Shown piece after piece: positions 7,394 to 10,260 of a stretch of 10,260 nucleotides of DNA; position 1 is the stretch's first letter, and every line of letters starts with the position of its first letter. The position numbers and the translations under genes were made by a program. The stretch lies in the IMG/VR virus record IMGVR_UViG_2667527849_000007; one strand, given 5' to 3'. The notes beneath the pieces are model-generated. The model was not told where the DNA came from and ran no database searches. It saw nothing but the letters and a program-made list of their open reading frames with translations. This DNA is from a virus (lineage: Duplodnaviria; Heunggongvirae; Uroviricota; Caudoviricetes).

Positions 7394-7823
7394 TACAAAC
7401 AAGATCCAGTATCCGGATGGTAAGCCGCCGGTATGGGCAAAGTGTACGAAAGGTGTGTATCCGTCTTACTGGGAAGAATGGAAAAAAGTCAGGGAGGTGG
7501 TAAAAGTTGCCTGTCCGGAGTGTGGCGGAAAGGGTGAGGTTTCCACCGCCTGTAAGGATTGCCGTGGGCGTGGTGTCGCCATTCATCGTGAAGAGTCGGT
7601 AAAACGTGGTATGCCTGTTATCAGAGACTGCCAGCGTTGTGGTGGTCGTGGCTATGAAAGACTACCATCAACGGAGGCATTTAATGCTATATGCGAGGTG
7701 ACAAACCAGATAACACGCGCGTCATGGGAAAAAACAGTTAAGAAATTTTATGATGCGCTGGTGACCCGGTTTGATATTGAAGAAGCATGGGCTGAGCGGC
7801 AGTTAAAAAAGGTAACTAGGTAA
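7002..7823 (+). CDS. Q-like late-gene antiterminator (QuuQ/YdfT-like), the only intact copy, 273 aa
   Basis: N-terminus MKLEDLPKYYSPKSP... Carries CPCCHGKK plus three CxxCxGxG zinc-finger-like repeats (CPECGGKG, CKDCRGRG, CQRCGGRG). Lies directly upstream of a pR'-like promoter and tR'-like terminator and downstream of rusA, as expected for lambdoid Q. Family assignment is from memory. Confidence 0.7.
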   Translation: MKLEDLPKYYSPKSPGLTDASASTSKDALSITDVMAAQGMTQNRAEMGVSAFLGKMGISMNDRERATELLTEYALSRCDRVAALRKLPAEIKPAVMRIMASYAFEDYARSAASKKQCPCCHGKKFIESEVFTNKIQYPDGKPPVWAKCTKGVYPSYWEEWKKVREVVKVACPECGGKGEVSTACKDCRGRGVAIHREESVKRGMPVIRDCQRCGGRGYERLPSTEAFNAICEVTNQITRASWEKTVKKFYDALVTRFDIEEAWAERQLKKVTR

Positions 7824-7828
7824 CAAGG

Positions 7829-7856
7829 TTGATTTTTCCGGAATCTGTGGTAAATT
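7829..7856 (+). promoter_or_regulatory. candidate late promoter pR' (and qut region) immediately after Q
   Basis: TTGATT (7829-7834), 16-bp spacer, extended -10 TGgTAAATT (7848-7856). TAAATT is the -10 I recall for lambda pR'. Begins 6 bp after the Q stop. Confidence 0.5.
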
Positions 7857-7905
7857 CGTCATAACGATGGGCGTTTTATGCCTGACGTTAGAAGAGTTTC
7901 TACAA

Positions 7906-7927
7906 CCCGCCGCCGAGCGGGTTTTTT
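7906..7927 (+). terminator. tR'-like intrinsic terminator in the late leader
   Basis: Hairpin CCCGC-CGCCGA-GCGGG followed by TTTTTT, about 50 nt downstream of the predicted -10. Expected to be read through only by Q-modified RNA polymerase. Confidence 0.55.
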
Positions 7928-8047
7928 ATGACTGAAATCGCGTCAGTACAGTAAACGCGCTGGTGGCGGTGAATACCTGTCTTTCAGCTTGCTGGCTTTT
8001 TCGACAAGAGTTATTGGTGTGTCACGTTAACCGGAAAAGGAAAAGAC

Positions 8048-8245
8048 ATGCTAAAACAGCAGGATATGACAGAAACCGCCAGAGTGGTGTTTAATGAATT
8101 AAGCGTTACCGAACCGGCGACAGTCGGGGAGATAGCGCAGAATACTTACCTTTCACGCGAACGCTGCCAGTTAATACTGACCCAGCTGGTTATGGCGGGT
8201 CTGGCAGACTATCAGTTCGGTTGTTACAGACGCCTTCCGCAGTGA
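8048..8245 (+). CDS. small putative helix-turn-helix protein, 65 aa
   Basis: ORF track 8048..8245. AAGGA RBS 8-9 nt upstream of the ATG. Segment ATVGEIAQNTYLSRERCQLILTQL has an HTH-like pattern. The stop lies inside a terminator hairpin. Confidence 0.5.
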   Translation: MLKQQDMTETARVVFNELSVTEPATVGEIAQNTYLSRERCQLILTQLVMAGLADYQFGCYRRLPQ

Positions 8246-8255
8246 AGGCTTTTTT
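8232..8255 (+). terminator. intrinsic terminator overlapping the stop of the small HTH ORF
   Basis: Perfect 6-bp stem GCCTTC / GAAGGC with loop CGCAGT, followed by TTTTTT (8250-8255). Confidence 0.5.
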
Positions 8256-8272
8256 ATTTGTGGTAAATGGGC

Positions 8273-8303
8273 GGCTGGTGGGTGTTAGGGGCACCCACCA
8301 GCC
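8273..8303 (+). promoter_or_regulatory. perfect 12-bp inverted repeat (GGCTGGTGGGTG - 7 nt - CACCCACCAGCC) in the methyltransferase leader
   Basis: Arms and spacer read directly from the sequence. No U-tract follows, so it is not a canonical terminator. Could be an RNA stability or processing element or a protein-binding site. Confidence 0.35.
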
Positions 8304-8395
8304 ATCTGCTCATGCGTTGGGTTCACAAGCAAACCTCAGGCCCACTGCTTTGCGCAAAAGCAGAATGAGCCTATCAGAGACAGGCTTAATGATCC

Positions 8396-9454
8396 ATGCT
8401 TAATACTGTAAAAATATCCAGTTGTGAGTTAATCAACGCCGACTGCCTGGAATTTATCCGGTCGTTACCCGAAAATTCTGTTGACCTGATAGTCACGGAC
8501 CCGCCGTACTTTAAAGTGAAGCCTGAGGGCTGGGATAACCAGTGGAAGGGCGACGATGATTACCTGAAGTGGCTGGACCAGTGTCTGGCGCAGTTCTGGC
8601 GGGTGCTGAAACCTGCCGGAAGTCTTTACCTGTTCTGTGGTCATCGCCTGGCATCTGATATCGAAATCATGATGCGTGAACGCTTCAGTGTGCTGAACCA
8701 TATTATCTGGGCGAAGCCGTCCGGACGCTGGAACGGATGCAACAAGGAAAGCCTGCGGGCGTATTTCCCCGCCACAGAGCGCATTCTGTTCGCGGAACAT
8801 TATCAGGGGCCGTATCGTCCGAAAGATGCCGGGTATGCGGCGAAGGGCAGTGCACTGAAACAGCATGTGATGGCCCCGCTGATTTCTTACTTTCGTGATG
8901 CGCGAGCTGCCCTGGGGATAACGGCAAAACAGATTGCAGATGCCACAGGAAAGAAAAACATGGTGTCGCACTGGTTCAGTGCCGGTCAGTGGCAGTTGCC
9001 GAATGAGAGCGATTATCTGAAATTACAGGCGCTGTTTGCCCGGGTGGCAGAAGAGAAGCATCGGCGTGGTGAACTGGAAAAGCTCCACCACCAGCTGGTG
9101 GATACGTATACCTCACTGAACCGGCAGTATGCGGAGCTGCTGAGTGAATATAAACATCTGCGGCGGTATTTTGGCGTGACGGTGCAGGTGCCGTATACCG
9201 ATGTGTGGACGCATAAACCGGTGCAGTTCTATCCCGGGAAACATCCGTGCGAAAAACCGGCAGAAATGCTGCAGCAGATAATCAGCGCTAGCAGTCGTCC
9301 GGGTGACCTGATTGCAGATTTTTTCATGGGGTTGGGTTCGACAGTGAAAGCGGCACTGGCGCTCGGGCGTCGTGCAATTGGCGTTGAGCTGGAGACTGAA
9401 CGTTTTGAGCAGACGGTTCGGGAAGTACAGGATTTAGTCAGCCAGAACGGATGA
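8396..9454 (+). CDS. DNA methyltransferase, beta-class amino-methyltransferase (probable N6-adenine; DPPY motif), orphan
   Basis: 352 aa. Motif IV DPPY near the N-terminus (LIVTDPPYF) and an FxGxG AdoMet motif near the C-terminus (DFFMGLGST), the circular permutation typical of beta-class N6A/N4C methyltransferases. No restriction endonuclease gene adjacent. No obvious SD before ATG 8396. Confidence 0.85.
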   Translation: MLNTVKISSCELINADCLEFIRSLPENSVDLIVTDPPYFKVKPEGWDNQWKGDDDYLKWLDQCLAQFWRVLKPAGSLYLFCGHRLASDIEIMMRERFSVLNHIIWAKPSGRWNGCNKESLRAYFPATERILFAEHYQGPYRPKDAGYAAKGSALKQHVMAPLISYFRDARAALGITAKQIADATGKKNMVSHWFSAGQWQLPNESDYLKLQALFARVAEEKHRRGELEKLHHQLVDTYTSLNRQYAELLSEYKHLRRYFGVTVQVPYTDVWTHKPVQFYPGKHPCEKPAEMLQQIISASSRPGDLIADFFMGLGSTVKAALALGRRAIGVELETERFEQTVREVQDLVSQNG

Positions 9455-9494
9455 TATTGAAGAATTAATTACGCGTCGTTATTATGCGGCTCCC

Positions 9495-9570
9495 GGCCCT
9501 TTAGCTCAGTGGTGAGAGCGAGCGACTCATAATCGCCAGGTCGCTGGTTCAAATCCAGCAAGGGCCACCA
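9495..9570 (+). tRNA. ileZ: tRNA with CAT anticodon, most likely tRNA-Ile2 (lysidine-modified, reads AUA); tRNA-Met not excluded
   Basis: Hand-folded cloverleaf: acceptor GGCCCTT / AAGGGCC, D-stem GCTC/GAGC, anticodon loop CTCATAA, T-loop TTCAAAT, encoded CCA. Closely resembles E. coli ileX-type tRNA. Symbol by analogy with the ileZ-argN-argO cluster of Stx phages, from memory. Confidence 0.8.
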
Positions 9571-9577
9571 TCACATA

Positions 9578-9654
9578 CCGCCATTAGCTCATCAGGAAAG
9601 AGCGCCAGCCTTCGAAGCTGGCTGCGCGGGGTTCAAGTCCCCGATGGCGGTCCA
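9578..9654 (+). tRNA. argN: tRNA-Arg, anticodon TCG (reads CGA)
   Basis: Acceptor CCGCCAT / ATGGCGG, anticodon stem CCAGC/GCTGG, loop CTTCGAA, T-loop TTCAAGT, encoded CCA. Anticodon read by hand; symbol by analogy only. Confidence 0.75.
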
Positions 9655-9667
9655 TTATCTGCATCAT

Positions 9668-9744
9668 GCGTTGTTAGCTCAGCCGGACAGAGCAATTGCC
9701 TTCTAAGCAATCGGTCACTGGTTCGAATCCAGTACAACGCGCCA
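9668..9744 (+). tRNA. argO: tRNA-Arg, anticodon TCT (reads AGA/AGG)
   Basis: Acceptor GCGTTGT / ACAACGC, anticodon stem ATTGC/GCAAT, loop CTTCTAA, T-loop TTCGAAT, encoded CCA. Symbol by analogy only. Confidence 0.8.
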
Positions 9745-9758
9745 CACTTATTTTCCCT

Positions 9759-9784
9759 GGCTCGCTTTTGCGGGCCTTTTTTTT
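9759..9784 (+). terminator. intrinsic terminator after the tRNA cluster
   Basis: Hairpin GGCTCGC-TTTT-GCGGGCC (one G-U pair) followed by eight T, starting 15 nt after the last tRNA. Confidence 0.6.
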
Positions 9785-10260
9785 AAATGTCTCACAATTC
9801 AGACGGTTGACAGTTGTCTGTTTTGCGGGGAGTTTGTTAAAAGAAACTGGCATGGTGAATCCCCCTGTGCGGAGGGGCAATCAGCGAGTAGGTATATGGG
9901 ATAATCGCGGATTCAGGTGCTGGTACTGAATTCACCGGGAGGCACCCGGCATCATGCAATGGCACATAGCGCCACTCTCCAGCCCTCTCCGGAGGGGCTT
10001 TTCTGTGCCGGATACATCACAGTTTCTGGAACCTTAGGTACTACAGTATCAGTCAGGGTGCTATATTTTCAGATGTGATGAAAGCCTGTCAGCAGGCAGG
10101 GCGTATCGGAAATGACCCAGTAGAGAAAACGTTGACTCAGATACCGGTGCTGAGTTACCGGGAAACCGGCATCACATGACCGCTATCCTGAGGTGTACTG
10201 GCAATAGCGGACACTACCATTTGTTCTTTTTTTAAGCAGCCATCTGATGATATTTTTCCC

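Noticed and set aside
8221-8971. ORFs 8221..8403(+), 8465..8971(-), 8703..8927(-)
   Set aside because: The first spans a terminator and the structured leader with no RBS; the others are antisense to the methyltransferase gene.
9674-9929. ORFs 9674..9880(-) and 9696..9929(+)
   Set aside because: They overlap the third tRNA gene and its terminator; read-through of structured RNA sequence, not coding.
9785-10260. Shiga toxin genes directly after the tRNA cluster
   Set aside because: No ORF with an RBS begins in this stretch and nothing resembles an stxA start; a toxin gene, if present, lies beyond the window.

Overview
This window reads as the delayed-early to late-control region of a lambdoid (Qin/Stx-phage-like) enterobacterial prophage, everything on the + strand except a truncated IS2. 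Left to right: three to four small phage ORFs, a Hok/Gef-family type I toxin gene, a small ORF, a DUF968 (YdfU-like) protein, RusA Holliday-junction resolvase, and a Q-like antiterminator. The rusA-Q module is present three times in a mosaic arrangement. Copy 1 (DUF968-rusA-Q) is cut after Q codon 129 by an ~830-bp IS2 fragment (insC intact, insD truncated, minus strand). Copy 2 (small ORF-rusA'-Q') is ~90% identical in rusA' and the 5' half of Q', identical in the 3' half of Q', and is fused at Q' codon ~248 to the middle of a second DUF968 copy. Copy 3 (DUF968 3' fragment-rusA-intact Q) matches copy 1 over ~1.57 kb (1929-3497 vs 5825-7393), judged from identical ORF translations on both strands. 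Only the third Q is intact; it is followed by a pR'-like promoter and tR'-like terminator, a small HTH-like ORF, an orphan beta-class DPPY DNA methyltransferase, and a three-tRNA cluster (anticodons CAT, TCG, TCT) ending in an intrinsic terminator. No toxin or lysis gene begins in the remaining ~480 bp. All calls are from reading the sequence and ORF translations; no database search was run.
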